A DNA stretch of 64,000 bases from an uncultured virus (IMG/VR IMGVR_UViG_3300032293_002036) (IMGVR_UViG_3300032293_002036), one strand, 5' to 3'. Positions 7,806 through 17,450 are shown, counted from the first letter of the stretch. The notes: generated by a model not told the origin, from the letters alone. Made by a program: numbers and translations.

Positions 7806-10800
7806 CTAAAACAGTTCCTCTTCTTCTTCGGCTCCTGCGAATTGCTTGAGCCACTCCTCGTCATTGCTAGCGGTTTCCATGGCGGGTTCCGAAATGGGCT
7901 CTGGAGTGAAATCAAGATTGGGCTCTTTGTAATCCCAGGAGTGATACACCCTTGCCTTTTCCCCATTGGGGCCATCTTGAAAGCTGCTGGTGATCAAACC
8001 TTGACGACGTGCCACTTCCAGCATCTTGCCGGTGGATGCCACATCAAAACTTCCGCACAGCGCTGATACTTGCTGCTTAGTGAAGCGCTCGTTCTTGCGC
8101 ATGTTGATGGTGTTCACCACTTGATCAAGCTCTTCGAGACTTCCGCCAATTGGCCCTGCATATCGCCAGCCGTAGTTCAAGGTATCACGCTGAAGCGAAT
8201 GCTTACCGGTGAGGCCACTCCTGCTCTTCAGCCATTCCAAGGTGAATTCATTGGGGTCGAAATTGCCTTCGGCTCTTGTCAGTTTCACCACCTCACTGAC
8301 GTTGTCCACAAAGCTCGTGGAGTCGCGCAGTCCACCGCCTTTGTTCAAGTGGTGAAGGATGACAATGGAACAGCGGTAGTTGTTGGCCAAGTCACGAAGG
8401 CCGTAGATGGAATCGCCGGCAGAGCTTTTTGCCAGGTCCACATTCATGCCAGCCAAGCAAGCGGTGAGACTGTCGATCACCACCAGAGAAGGACGTTCCT
8501 TTCTGATGTAAGCCTCAAGCTGCTGCATGTTGGCAAAGCGCCAGGTTTCCCAGAAGCTGATGTCACCCGGTTCCAAGCCAGCATCTTGGTAGCCGATCAC
8601 GGAAAGCTTTTCTGCGGTGTCGGTGAGAGGTTCGTCTGCGCTGATCAGCAGAGCCTTGCCCTTCATACACCTCCTGCCGCTCCAGGGAGTGCCCAGTGCC
8701 ACGTGGAGGGCCCAGTTGTAGAGCAGGGTGGTGTTATGAGTGACGATGAAGTCGTCGGTCACGTAAGTGTGCGATGGGTGATCAACCATGATGCACTGAG
8801 CATCATCGTCGCCAATGTACTCAACAGAGTCAATCAATCGAGACGGCGCATATTTTGTGCGCTCAATCTCCTTGGAAGCTTTGGATTGAATGCTGAAACT
8901 CTTGAAACCAGGAGGCATCGAGATAAACGCACGATAGCTAATGCGTCCCTGCTTTTTCTTTCCTTTATAGGTAAACCATGGCTGACGCTGGCTGCAAACG
9001 GCTTTGCCGCCAAGTGATTGTACTATCCCGACCACGGCATCTCTTAGTTCTATTGAGGAACTATCGAAGGTTGTTGACGTGCCATCAGTCGTACCATCTG
9101 TGTCCATTAAGCCATGAAGAAGATCAAGACGCTGCTGCACCGATCCATAGAGGTAACTTTCGGGCACAAATTTATCCCAAGAGCGACAACCAAATAGGCC
9201 TAGCTCCTTAAGCGATTCTCTGAGATTGCCTGGTGCCTTGCCGCAATTCACTCTGTATTCAACGCAGCCAGAATTATTTACCTTGGAAACCAAGCAATGA
9301 CCGAAGGGGAGCAAGGCGAGTACCTTGTTAGTGATTTCCCTGTCTGAAATGGTCAATGTAAATCCGTGCTCAGTGATGGATCCGTCGCCGAGAATAACTC
9401 CAAGCAAGTAAGGAGTGATGGGGAGATCCTGTTCTTTGAATTGAATAGGGCCGACCATGGGGATCGAGTGGTTCCGATCTTTACGTCCACGGGCCTTATG
9501 CAAGTGCAGCGTTTCACGAATCTGCCTAAGGGGGCGAACGCTCCAGTCTTTTTCATGATCTCGTTCGCTTTGTGTTTTAGTAAGCCACAGGTGTTCATCA
9601 CAGCAATGTGTCGTGGCGCCATCGCTCATCTGTACCTTGAAAATTGGCTTCTTGCCCTGTGGAAAAACACCAGTGACCTTGGTGACCGAACCATCACCAG
9701 CGATCACCTCATCGCCAACAGAGATGTCGCCCATAAGCTTCCAGCCGCTCGGGGTGAGCACTTTGGACCAAAGAGGTCCAGCCTTGCCGGTGCCGCCTGC
9801 TGCAGCCAGAAGCATGACGCTTCCCAAGGGCACAATGCCAGCAATCAGCCAGTCCCTGGTCTTGTCAGAGCTTGCAATGGTGAGGGCGTCAATGCTTTCG
9901 ATCTCCTCCTTGCCATACACCCGCATCTTGGCTTCTTCAACGATCTTCTCAACGTTCTGCTGAGACATCTTGATGCCATGCTCTTCCAACCAGTGGCCAG
10001 TCTCGTAGCTGATTCGAGCCTCGTTTGCATAGAGTCCGACAAAGCCTTCGATGACAGAGATGATCTCGTCGTACGACGGTTTGCCGTCTCGCCCCTTGTG
10101 ACGAGAAGGACCAATGGAGGAAAGCAAGTCGTCTTTTGTGGCGCCTTCTTCGATGTAGTCGCCAATGTCGTAGCCATTACCGGGAGGCAGATTGTCCCAT
10201 TCCCAACTGCGGGGGTCTGCATACAGCCACTGCGCACCAGGATTGTCGGTGGCCACTTCGGTCATGAAGGCAACGCCCTGCTGGTCCCTGTCAGGGCAGA
10301 GCACCACCGTTTGATTCTTGAACAGGTGGGAATAATCACCGTTCGTGCGGTAGTGCTTGCTTCCACCCAAGAAAGTCACCGAGGGAAGATCAATCGCCCA
10401 CATTGACTCGCAAGTGAGTTCACCTTCAACGATGAAGATTGGCAGTCCTGTTTCCTTGCTCTTTGCAACAGCTTCGTTATAACGATACGGAAGGATCTTC
10501 GCCTTTACTTCTCGAAGCTGGGCTTGGTGACCACCAGGAACATCCTCAATAGTGGGGAAGTCTTGCCAAATCTTCTTACTGCCACTTGTGTCGTCACGAT
10601 GGACGATCACCACTTCTGCGCCGCCGCGATCCTGGTAAGGGAAAACGTAGCGACCAGGCTCTCGCGCAGGTTTCTCCCACCTAGTCAAAGGGGCCAGAAC
10701 GTCGCGAATTTCGGCGCGGTGAGCAGGGGACGGATCGTGCCAGCAGTTGTATCCGCCTGTCCTTTTGTTCACGGTGAAATCGTTGCCGCCACACGCGGGG

Positions 10801-10886
10801 CATTGAAACTTTCCTGACTCACTGCTTGGCTCAAGAGACTCAAGGTGGTCCAGGATTGAGAATGACATGGGCATTGAGAACGGCAT
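7806..10886 (-). CDS. primase-helicase (Zn ribbon + TOPRIM + RepA/AAA_25 helicase), intein-containing
   Basis: CPACGG Zn ribbon, 'IFIVEGE', 'LCPDRDQQG' TOPRIM, Walker A AAGGTGK|T split by intein, Walker B 'LVVIDSL', 'IVILHHLNK'. Confidence 0.9.
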   Translation of the reverse strand: MPFSMPMSFSILDHLESLEPSSESGKFQCPACGGNDFTVNKRTGGYNCWHDPSPAHRAEIRDVLAPLTRWEKPAREPGRYVFPYQDRGGAEVVIVHRDDTSGSKKIWQDFPTIEDVPGGHQAQLREVKAKILPYRYNEAVAKSKETGLPIFIVEGELTCESMWAIDLPSVTFLGGSKHYRTNGDYSHLFKNQTVVLCPDRDQQGVAFMTEVATDNPGAQWLYADPRSWEWDNLPPGNGYDIGDYIEEGATKDDLLSSIGPSRHKGRDGKPSYDEIISVIEGFVGLYANEARISYETGHWLEEHGIKMSQQNVEKIVEEAKMRVYGKEEIESIDALTIASSDKTRDWLIAGIVPLGSVMLLAAAGGTGKAGPLWSKVLTPSGWKLMGDISVGDEVIAGDGSVTKVTGVFPQGKKPIFKVQMSDGATTHCCDEHLWLTKTQSERDHEKDWSVRPLRQIRETLHLHKARGRKDRNHSIPMVGPIQFKEQDLPITPYLLGVILGDGSITEHGFTLTISDREITNKVLALLPFGHCLVSKVNNSGCVEYRVNCGKAPGNLRESLKELGLFGCRSWDKFVPESYLYGSVQQRLDLLHGLMDTDGTTDGTSTTFDSSSIELRDAVVGIVQSLGGKAVCSQRQPWFTYKGKKKQGRISYRAFISMPPGFKSFSIQSKASKEIERTKYAPSRLIDSVEYIGDDDAQCIMVDHPSHTYVTDDFIVTHNTTLLYNWALHVALGTPWSGRRCMKGKALLISADEPLTDTAEKLSVIGYQDAGLEPGDISFWETWRFANMQQLEAYIRKERPSLVVIDSLTACLAGMNVDLAKSSAGDSIYGLRDLANNYRCSIVILHHLNKGGGLRDSTSFVDNVSEVVKLTRAEGNFDPNEFTLEWLKSRSGLTGKHSLQRDTLNYGWRYAGPIGGSLEELDQVVNTINMRKNERFTKQQVSALCGSFDVASTGKMLEVARRQGLITSSFQDGPNGEKARVYHSWDYKEPNLDFTPEPISEPAMETASNDEEWLKQFAGAEEEEELF
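8733..9782 (-). mobile_element. class 3 intein with LAGLIDADG endonuclease (350 aa)
   Basis: Starts Ala (AGPLWSKVLTPSGW), block B 'CCDEHLW', block F 'AQCIMV', ends 'IVTHN|T'; 'YLLGVILGDG' and 'LLHGLMDTDG' motifs. Confidence 0.92.
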
Positions 10887-10932
10887 TTACCATCATGCCA
10901 GTTCCAGCAAGGAGCTGCAATGCGCAGTGCTC

Positions 10933-10947
10933 ATAAGGGATTCTTAT
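10933..10947. promoter_or_regulatory. palindromic operator ATAAG-N5-CTTAT (copy 3) upstream of TTGCAA-N16-TATGGT promoter
   Basis: Perfect palindrome 12 nt upstream of the -35, in the divergent primase/RHH intergenic region. Confidence 0.55.
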
Positions 10948-11011
10948 CGGCTACAAGCCTTGCAAGGGGTCGTCGTGGAGCTATGGTGTGCATGTTCCGC
11001 AACCAACCGCC

Positions 11012-11245
11012 ATGCCCAGAAGCCCCTACGAGGGCGGAAAAATTCGCAAGCACTTCATGCTTTCAGAGGCTGCGTCAAGCCACCTTTCTGCCATCGCAGC
11101 CCGCGCTGACCTCTCCAGGTCCGAAGTCTTAGAGCGACTCATTCGATCCACTTCCCAATGGGAGGGAGAAAGTGTCTTCTGTGACAAGGCTTGGAAGTTT
11201 TGTATTGACTACTGTTCCCCTATCTCCCCCAATGAAACTCTCTAA
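11012..11245 (+). CDS. ribbon-helix-helix (CopG-like) regulator
   Basis: 'RKHFMLSEAASSHLSAIAARADLSRSEVLERLIR'. Confidence 0.75.
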   Translation: MPRSPYEGGKIRKHFMLSEAASSHLSAIAARADLSRSEVLERLIRSTSQWEGESVFCDKAWKFCIDYCSPISPNETL

Positions 11246-11471
11246 ACTCCGCGACTTATGCAACAAAGCCATTAACAAATATGGCGACATGGATGCTGGC
11301 TGTCGTAACAGAGATTACGCACACGATGTAAGTGATGCCACAGACATGGAATCCTTCGCTCTGCGCGTTCTCCAAACCGACTCTCTTTTTGGTGACCCGC
11401 TAGATGACTCGGAAGCTGAAAGCGATCGTCGCCATGCCGATCACTTCGCTTGCATCTTCTACGAAGCTTGA
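11232..11471 (+). CDS. hypothetical protein
   Basis: MKLSKLRDLCNKAINKYGDM; similar in pattern to the next ORF. Confidence 0.6.
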   Translation: MKLSKLRDLCNKAINKYGDMDAGCRNRDYAHDVSDATDMESFALRVLQTDSLFGDPLDDSEAESDRRHADHFACIFYEA

Positions 11472-11474
11472 ACA

Positions 11475-11741
11475 ATGAATCTTTTGCGCTTTTCTACGAT
11501 CATTAACAAAGCACTTGCAAAGGCTGGTCCTGATGCAGAAGTTCTTCTTTGCTACGAGAAGGCTGCGCTTGACGAAGGTTACAACAGGTCAAGCACCGAA
11601 GGCGTAAGTGACATTCGCATTGTTGACGATTGGCCGCTTCCGGGCGAAAGCCTTGTGAACTACGAAGCCGACAGGCCAAAGCAAGTGGTCATCTTCTATG
11701 ACAACCACTTCAACCTTGATTCCTCCACCGAGCCCGAGTGA
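11475..11741 (+). CDS. hypothetical protein
   Basis: MNLLRFSTIINKALAKAGPDAEV. Confidence 0.6.
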   Translation: MNLLRFSTIINKALAKAGPDAEVLLCYEKAALDEGYNRSSTEGVSDIRIVDDWPLPGESLVNYEADRPKQVVIFYDNHFNLDSSTEPE

Positions 11742-11776
11742 TACAATCACAGGCAATTCACTTTCATCCCCTTTCC

Positions 11777-12667
11777 ATGGATCAAACCACTTCCGCTCTC
11801 ATGGCCGAACGTTTTCTGGGCGTCTTTCAGCCCTTTGTGATCACTCCTGAAGCCTTCAAGGAAGCCTACGAGCTGCCTATTGGCGAGCACGTTGAGAAGA
11901 ACTACAAAGGCCTGTCCTACCTGTCCTGGCCGTTCGCCTTCCGCTACCTCAAGGAGAATTTCCCCACGCTGTTTGTGGCCTTTGAGGAGAACACCAACGG
12001 ATGGCCTGTTTTCGGGCAGGAAGGTTGCTGGCTGCTTCGTCCCTATCTGACTGATGGCATCAAGCGCACTCCTGCTCTTGTGTTCCCCATCATGGACAAC
12101 AAGCACAACGCAGTGAAAACGCTTGACGCTCGACAGGTGAGCGACAACATCCAGCGGGCCAGCGTGAAGTGCATCGCCACCTTCACTGGCCTGGGTCTCA
12201 AGCTCTACTCGGGAGAGGACATCCCCCGGAGTGACGACGAGAAGGCAGCACCCACCCTGCCTATGCAGCAAGACGCCCCAAAGGCTGCGGCTGCGGCCAA
12301 GCCGGCTGCACCTTTCCAGCGGGAGGCTACTGGCACTTCTAACGCCGAAGCTTTCGATGGCAAAGCAGCGCTGCTTGCCTTTGGCGAGGCCGACCCCTTG
12401 GGCTATGCCGACCGACTGACAAGCATGAAGGCGGTAAAGGCAGGTCTTGAGGCGATCGGCCTGGCCAAGGGCGAAGACGTGAAGGACAAAGAGATGTTCG
12501 CCAACGTGGTCACCACCATGGTCACCTCCTGGGTGAAGGAGCGAGGCGTCAAGGTGACAAAAGCTGCAATGGGAAAGGAGATTGATGCACTCCGATACAT
12601 CTGCGCCGAGGGCTCCACTGATCAGGCCATCCAAGGCGTGAAGGTGTTTGTGGAGGGAAAGCAGTAG
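11777..12667 (+). CDS. Sak3-like (DUF1071) single-strand annealing protein
   Basis: 'HVEKNYKGLSYLSWPFAF', 'PIMDNKHNAV', 'QRASVKCIATFTGLGLKLYSGED'. Confidence 0.8.
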   Translation: MDQTTSALMAERFLGVFQPFVITPEAFKEAYELPIGEHVEKNYKGLSYLSWPFAFRYLKENFPTLFVAFEENTNGWPVFGQEGCWLLRPYLTDGIKRTPALVFPIMDNKHNAVKTLDARQVSDNIQRASVKCIATFTGLGLKLYSGEDIPRSDDEKAAPTLPMQQDAPKAAAAAKPAAPFQREATGTSNAEAFDGKAALLAFGEADPLGYADRLTSMKAVKAGLEAIGLAKGEDVKDKEMFANVVTTMVTSWVKERGVKVTKAAMGKEIDALRYICAEGSTDQAIQGVKVFVEGKQ

Positions 12668-13020
12668 ACCTAGCGGCGGCCCGCCTTGCGCGGGCCTTTG
12701 CTGGGTGCGTAATCATGGACGACGACGGTTCTTTGTTGAATTCACTGTGACTTTCATCATTCGCTTCTTTCAAATTTTTGGAATCTTGGCTCTGGTCGCA
12801 GGTTCCGGCGCGATATGCGTTTCTGTCGGCTTAGCGCTTGGAGGTAGCATTGGGGCGATAGTTGGCTGGTTGGTTTGGCTGTCTTTGCTGGGAGCTGCCA
12901 TCACCACCGGCCTATGAACATCCTTCTCGCTTCCATTGTCTCTGTCATCTGTTTGCTGGCTATCTGGCTGGCAACAGTAAACCTCGTTCTTTTTGTCGAA
13001 AAGTTCTTCAACATCACGCA

Positions 13021-13260
13021 ATGATCGACCTCTCCCTCCTTGCCAATTGCCCCAAGTGTGAAAGCCTGTGGCATGAAACTCCTATTCCAGAAGAAAGCCA
13101 GCATCTGTTTGGTTATGCAAAGTTCTTCTCACGCGTGATAGGCATTTACGCTCGCGACCGGGACTGTACTGTTGCTTATCAGTGCCCCGATTGCCACACC
13201 TGCTGGGACCGTGAAACCAGCAAAATCAGAGAATCATTCAAGCTTCGCGCCTTTAGCTAA
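13021..13260 (+). CDS. Zn-finger hypothetical protein
   Basis: CPKC...FSRVIGIY..DRD...QCPDC. Confidence 0.65.
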   Translation: MIDLSLLANCPKCESLWHETPIPEESQHLFGYAKFFSRVIGIYARDRDCTVAYQCPDCHTCWDRETSKIRESFKLRAFS

Positions 13261-13301
13261 AGGGATTGGCCTGCTACGATCTGGGTCTTGAAGCCCTTGT
13301 C

Positions 13302-14066
13302 ATGTCCTCTCTTCAGCATTACGAGCCCCGTCGCATAAGCCTCAATAAGAAAAGATACTACCAATGCATGGGGCTCCCCAATGCTCCCGAAGGGATCCTG
13401 CTTCCTTCTGTCACCACCGTTCTCTCCTCCATGGCTCCAGTGGGGAAGATCATGGCTCTCATCAACTGGCGCAAGCGAGTTGGGGAAGAGGAAGCAAAGA
13501 GGCGCACCAGGCTCGCTGCCAACAGGGGCACTTGGATGCACGGCGTCATCGAGGATTATTTCAATGGGAAGGACATTGAGAATCATCTGGACAGCGCTCC
13601 AGATTGGAAGACGTACTTTGAAACCGTAGAGCCGTTCCTTGAGGGCATCACAGCGCCAGTACTTGTGGAAAGTGCTGTCGCATGGTGGCATCCGGGGGAC
13701 GAAATTGGCTTCAGCGGCACACTGGACATGGTGGCCAAAATGCAAAGTGGCACGCTGGCTCTCATCGACTGGAAGTCCAGTTACAAAGAGAAGCCTGACT
13801 ACCAATTGGCCGACTACAAGAGGCAGTTGGGAGCCTACGCGATGGCCGCTGAGCAATTGTATGACTGCTCAATTGACGAAGCTTGGTGCGTCATCTCCTG
13901 CTACGACCCTGAAAACAAGGAAGTGGAGCCCACACTGCAGCTCGTGCATCTTGACGGCTTCGAGCTGATCAGTCAGCAGCGCATCATGCACGACACTACG
14001 AAGAGATATTTCAACCAGTTCTACCCAGGGGGCAGAGCGTTTGCATTGACGGAGGACAGGGGGTAA
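13302..14066 (+). CDS. PD-(D/E)XK exonuclease
   Basis: 'LPSVTTVLS', 'RGTWMH', 'GTLD', 'IDWKSS', 'QLGAYA'. Confidence 0.88.
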   Translation: MSSLQHYEPRRISLNKKRYYQCMGLPNAPEGILLPSVTTVLSSMAPVGKIMALINWRKRVGEEEAKRRTRLAANRGTWMHGVIEDYFNGKDIENHLDSAPDWKTYFETVEPFLEGITAPVLVESAVAWWHPGDEIGFSGTLDMVAKMQSGTLALIDWKSSYKEKPDYQLADYKRQLGAYAMAAEQLYDCSIDEAWCVISCYDPENKEVEPTLQLVHLDGFELISQQRIMHDTTKRYFNQFYPGGRAFALTEDRG

Positions 14067-14116
14067 GATGAGCGAGCCCTGAACAAGGGCATCCATCACT
14101 CCTACGGAGAAACACT

Positions 14117-14371
14117 GTGGCTAATCGCCCCCCTATCACTGCTGCAATCGACCTCACCCCCGACGTGCTGAACAAGCTCAAAGCGGCAGGCCCCAACGAA
14201 CGCGGCAACTACTCCCTGGACGTAGCCGTCTGGGAGAACACCAAGAAGTCTTCTGACAAGGCCCCCGGCTACACCGGCAGCGTCAAGGTCAAAGGCGACA
14301 AGGAAGGCCCCAAGGGTTACGCAAGCGTCTGGGTGAACGAAGACCTGGGCGGCGGCGGCGACTTCTTCTGA
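14117..14371 (+). CDS. putative single-stranded DNA-binding protein (DUF736-like)
   Basis: 'VAVWEN...KAPGYTGSV', acidic/aromatic C-terminus DFF; next to annealase and exonuclease. Confidence 0.6.
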   Translation: MANRPPITAAIDLTPDVLNKLKAAGPNERGNYSLDVAVWENTKKSSDKAPGYTGSVKVKGDKEGPKGYASVWVNEDLGGGGDFF

Positions 14372-14390
14372 TTGCGATCAAAATTAACAA

Positions 14391-14411
14391 GGGCGCTTCG
14401 GCGCCCTTTCT
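14391..14411 (+). terminator. terminator hairpin, repeat copy 1
   Basis: GGGCGC-TTCG-GCGCCC-TTTCT. Confidence 0.75.
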
Positions 14412-14436
14412 CTTCTTCCAGTAACTCCCTCTAAAT

Positions 14437-14838
14437 ATGTATTCAGATCGTAAATTTCCCGTCACGGCGGTTGTCACTGTAACAGGCGTTGCATTAGCCA
14501 TTGCCTTTTTAGTCGGCGGTCCACAGTACAACGTTTGGACTCAAAGTCTTAACGGAAAGGCTGAGCTGCAAAAGGCTGAATACACGCGACAAGTGGCTGT
14601 TCTCGAAGCTCAGGCAAAAATGGATTCCGCGTCCAAGCTTGCCGATGCAGAGATTGCACGCGCAAAAGGTGTTGCCGAGGCGAACCGCATTATTGGCGAC
14701 AGCCTTAAGGACAACCCTCGCTACCTGCAGTATCTGTACATTACAGGCCTGCAAGAAGGCAGCGAAAAAGGCAATCGCACCATCTACGTTCCCACGGAAG
14801 GTGGCATGCCGGTTCCTACGCTTGACATGACCAAGTGA
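14437..14838 (+). CDS. SPFH/band-7-like membrane protein
   Basis: N-terminal TM, 'PQYNVW...GKAEL..AEY.RQVAV.EA', 'RAKGVAEANRIIGDSL', 'IYVPTEGGMP'. Confidence 0.75.
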   Translation: MYSDRKFPVTAVVTVTGVALAIAFLVGGPQYNVWTQSLNGKAELQKAEYTRQVAVLEAQAKMDSASKLADAEIARAKGVAEANRIIGDSLKDNPRYLQYLYITGLQEGSEKGNRTIYVPTEGGMPVPTLDMTK

Positions 14839-14842
14839 TCAC

Positions 14843-14863
14843 GGGCGCTTCGGCGCCCTTTCT
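14843..14863 (+). terminator. terminator hairpin, repeat copy 2
   Basis: Identical 21-mer to 14391-14411. Confidence 0.75.
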
Positions 14864-14878
14864 TTTTCTCTCAAAACC

Positions 14879-15481
14879 ATGCCTCTCCTCTCAGACAATC
14901 AAATCAGCAAGTTCTCGGGATTTTTCGACATCTTCCAACCCTACGTGGGAGAGAAGCGGCGCAGCCTCGACAATGGCACCAAAGCCATCTCGTATGGCCT
15001 TTCTCAAGCGGGGTACGACATTCGCCTGTCGCCTAAGCAGTTCCTCGTTTTTGACGGGGACGGATTTTATGGGCATGTGACGCTTGACCCCAAGCGCCCA
15101 GACCCCACTATTCCATACGAAGGAACGCTTGTTCATTGCGAAGGCAGTTCTTTCTTTGAACTTCCCGCTTTCAGCTTTGCCCTTGGCACAAGCCTTGAGC
15201 TGATCACCATGCCAGACAACGTAATGGGCCAATGCGACGGCAAAAGCACTTACGCACGTTGTGGCGTGATCATCAATGTCACCCCCATTGAACCTGGCTG
15301 GTCTGGTCACCTGACCATGCACATCGCCAACCCTTCGCCGTTCCCTGTGCGCATCTACGCAAACGAGGGCATCGTTCAAGTGATGCTTTACGAGCTTGAT
15401 GAAGCAGTTGACCAGCCATACTCTGGCGCCTACCAGAACCAGGGAGAGTGCGTCACCATGTCCAAGGTGGGAGAGCCGTGA
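14879..15481 (+). CDS. dcd: dCTP deaminase
   Basis: 'ISYGLSQAGYDIRL', 'GKSTYARCG', 'TPIEPGWSGHLT', 'YANEGIVQ', 'YQNQ'. Confidence 0.92.
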   Translation: MPLLSDNQISKFSGFFDIFQPYVGEKRRSLDNGTKAISYGLSQAGYDIRLSPKQFLVFDGDGFYGHVTLDPKRPDPTIPYEGTLVHCEGSSFFELPAFSFALGTSLELITMPDNVMGQCDGKSTYARCGVIINVTPIEPGWSGHLTMHIANPSPFPVRIYANEGIVQVMLYELDEAVDQPYSGAYQNQGECVTMSKVGEP

Positions 15482-15843
15482 AACCATACCTGCATGGTCG
15501 CAAGCATGCCCATAAGTATGGAGGCAAGCAAGAAGACTATGCTGACATTGACGATTTTATTGACAGCAGTAAAATTGCAATGCCAGATTTTAGGCATCGC
15601 GCTATTCTCCATTCCTCTTTCGGTTGTTATCTAGTGGAGCAAATGTTTGGTCGTGTCCGAACGAACTCCGCAGGGATGACTTACTCCCCTAGGGATGTAG
15701 CTGAAGATCACATTATTCAGGATCTCGGTTTCATTCCCACCCCTGAGCAGTACCTCAAAAACATGACTGCTCAGCCATGGATGAGCGGCACTCGCAAGCT
15801 CACTTCCACTCCTTCTCAATCCTTTATTCCTCTCGCTGATTGA
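15478..15843 (+). CDS. DUF6915-like His-rich protein
   Basis: 'PYLHGRKHAHKYGG..EDY..I.DFIDSSK...DFRHRAILH...RDVAEDHIIQDLGFIPT'. Confidence 0.7.
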   Translation: MKPYLHGRKHAHKYGGKQEDYADIDDFIDSSKIAMPDFRHRAILHSSFGCYLVEQMFGRVRTNSAGMTYSPRDVAEDHIIQDLGFIPTPEQYLKNMTAQPWMSGTRKLTSTPSQSFIPLAD

Positions 15844-15846
15844 ACC

Positions 15847-16335
15847 ATGGCTCTCACTTTTACTGCGCAAACTGAAAATTTCTCCAAGGACTTGCAGGAA
15901 AAGCAAGCCGCCTATCAAAAAGAATGCCAGCAACTGTTACACACGGTATTCGCATCTTTCTTTGATGCATGCCCGAGCGTCAAGGCAGTCTATTGGACTC
16001 AATACGCGCCAAGCTTTAACGATGGCAATCCATGCGTATTTAGTGTTCGCACTGTTATGTTTTCTAATGCAACCGACGAAAAAGTGTTGGCAGACGCAAT
16101 TGACGAAGAAGACTTGAGTGATCATCTCACGGAGGACGGAAAAGAGGTTGTCGCCCTAGAAACGTGGTCGAGCAGGCTTTCCGAGTTCTTCCCCAAGGAC
16201 GAATGCAAAGCGCTGGAATCGTTCATTAGTTCAAGCACCATGAAAGGTGCGATGGAGGCGATATTTGGCAGCGGCGTGTCGGTGATCGCCACAAAGGAGG
16301 GATTTAAGATGGAGGACTACGACTGCGGCTATTGA
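15847..16335 (+). CDS. hypothetical phage protein
   Basis: 'WTQYAPSFNDGNPCVFSV'. Confidence 0.7.
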   Translation: MALTFTAQTENFSKDLQEKQAAYQKECQQLLHTVFASFFDACPSVKAVYWTQYAPSFNDGNPCVFSVRTVMFSNATDEKVLADAIDEEDLSDHLTEDGKEVVALETWSSRLSEFFPKDECKALESFISSSTMKGAMEAIFGSGVSVIATKEGFKMEDYDCGY

Positions 16336-16366
16336 TGCATTAACCTAGCAGCATTGCAATAGAACC

Positions 16367-16762
16367 ATGAGCGCTCTTGAAGATCAGTTTCTCGACAAGT
16401 GGCAGACCTCCTTTTCAGAGTTGGTTCTTGAAAGAGAGTTTTCTGACATCGAAGCTTGGGAAAAGGATTTTCAAGAGCGCCATTCCAAGTCAAAACGTTC
16501 CAAACGATACCGTCTAGATTTTGCTCATCCCCTCTCTCGCATTGGCATCGAAATCCAAGGTGGCGTTTACAATCGTGGCCGCCACGTCACTGGCTCTGGT
16601 TATGAGCGAGATTGCCGCAAGTACAATCTTGCTTTTACGAGCGGTTGGACAATCTATCTGCTCACCGCGACCATGGCCAAAGATTCCACCTGGCACGAGT
16701 TGATTGCTGAGCAGATAGTTGCTGGAAGTGCTCAAGCTGCTCTCTCATCGCATCAATCCTGA
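16367..16762 (+). CDS. Vsr/DUF559-like endonuclease
   Basis: 'RYRLDFAHP..RIGIEIQGG....GRH...GYERDCRKYN....GW'. Confidence 0.78.
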   Translation: MSALEDQFLDKWQTSFSELVLEREFSDIEAWEKDFQERHSKSKRSKRYRLDFAHPLSRIGIEIQGGVYNRGRHVTGSGYERDCRKYNLAFTSGWTIYLLTATMAKDSTWHELIAEQIVAGSAQAALSSHQS

Positions 16763-17060
16763 CCGAGGCCTCGGTGACGATCTCCTCTGCTGCACGAAGA
16801 TCCGCATCACGCTTGTCAAGAGCCTGCCTGAGCCTCATGTTTTCGAGCATGAGGCTTTGTAGTGCTGTCTGAGCAGCGGCCCATGCTTCCAAGAGGTTCC
16901 GCGTGGCAGGCTTTAGGGCTTCAAGGCTTGAGCATTCGTCAATGGCACGGTGGCTCACTGAAAGCCCGAACTGGCGCTCAACACTGTGCTCGAAAGGGCC
17001 CATGGAGGCATTGCGAATTTTTCCATCGTAGTTGAACTGGACAGGGATGACAAAGCCCAT
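16662..17060 (-). CDS. hypothetical coiled-coil protein
   Basis: Start MGFVIPVQF; convergent overlap with the previous gene. Confidence 0.55.
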   Translation of the reverse strand: MGFVIPVQFNYDGKIRNASMGPFEHSVERQFGLSVSHRAIDECSSLEALKPATRNLLEAWAAAQTALQSLMLENMRLRQALDKRDADLRAAEEIVTEASVRIDAMREQLEHFQQLSAQQSTRARWNLWPWSR

Positions 17061-17201
17061 GGCGACGCTGGTTTTCCATAGGCTATTCGCGAACAGCGAA
17101 CGAGAGGCAAGGTGCAATGGGGGAGAGCCGAAAAGGGATGGACGGGTTGCCGAAAGCGACCCCACCCTGTATGATTGTCCCGTTCCACACCCCCCGTTTT
17201 C

Positions 17202-17450
17202 ATGACCACTCCTGAAGCCGACATGCTCTACATGGATAAAGTGGCAAGGGACGTGCTGCCCACTATTCTCAATGTGTTCCGGCCTGCTGACGGCAGCATG
17301 CAAGCCTTGAAGAGCTACGCAGACGACTCTGCTGCGCTGTCATGGCTAGTGGCCATGGCAATGATCGAGAAGCAGACCGACGTGATGAACCTCTTTGAGC
17401 AAGAAGAGGAAGAAGACGAGCAAGTTGAAGAGGCACAAGCCGATGCTTGA
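17202..17450 (+). CDS. hypothetical protein
   Basis: ORF after TATGAT -10; acidic tail. Confidence 0.6.
   Translation: MTTPEADMLYMDKVARDVLPTILNVFRPADGSMQALKSYADDSAALSWLVAMAMIEKQTDVMNLFEQEEEEDEQVEEAQADA

Noticed and set aside
13302..14066. Cas4 / CRISPR-associated nuclease
   Set aside because: No Fe-S cysteine cluster and no array or cas genes; the context (annealase, SSB) indicates a recombination exonuclease
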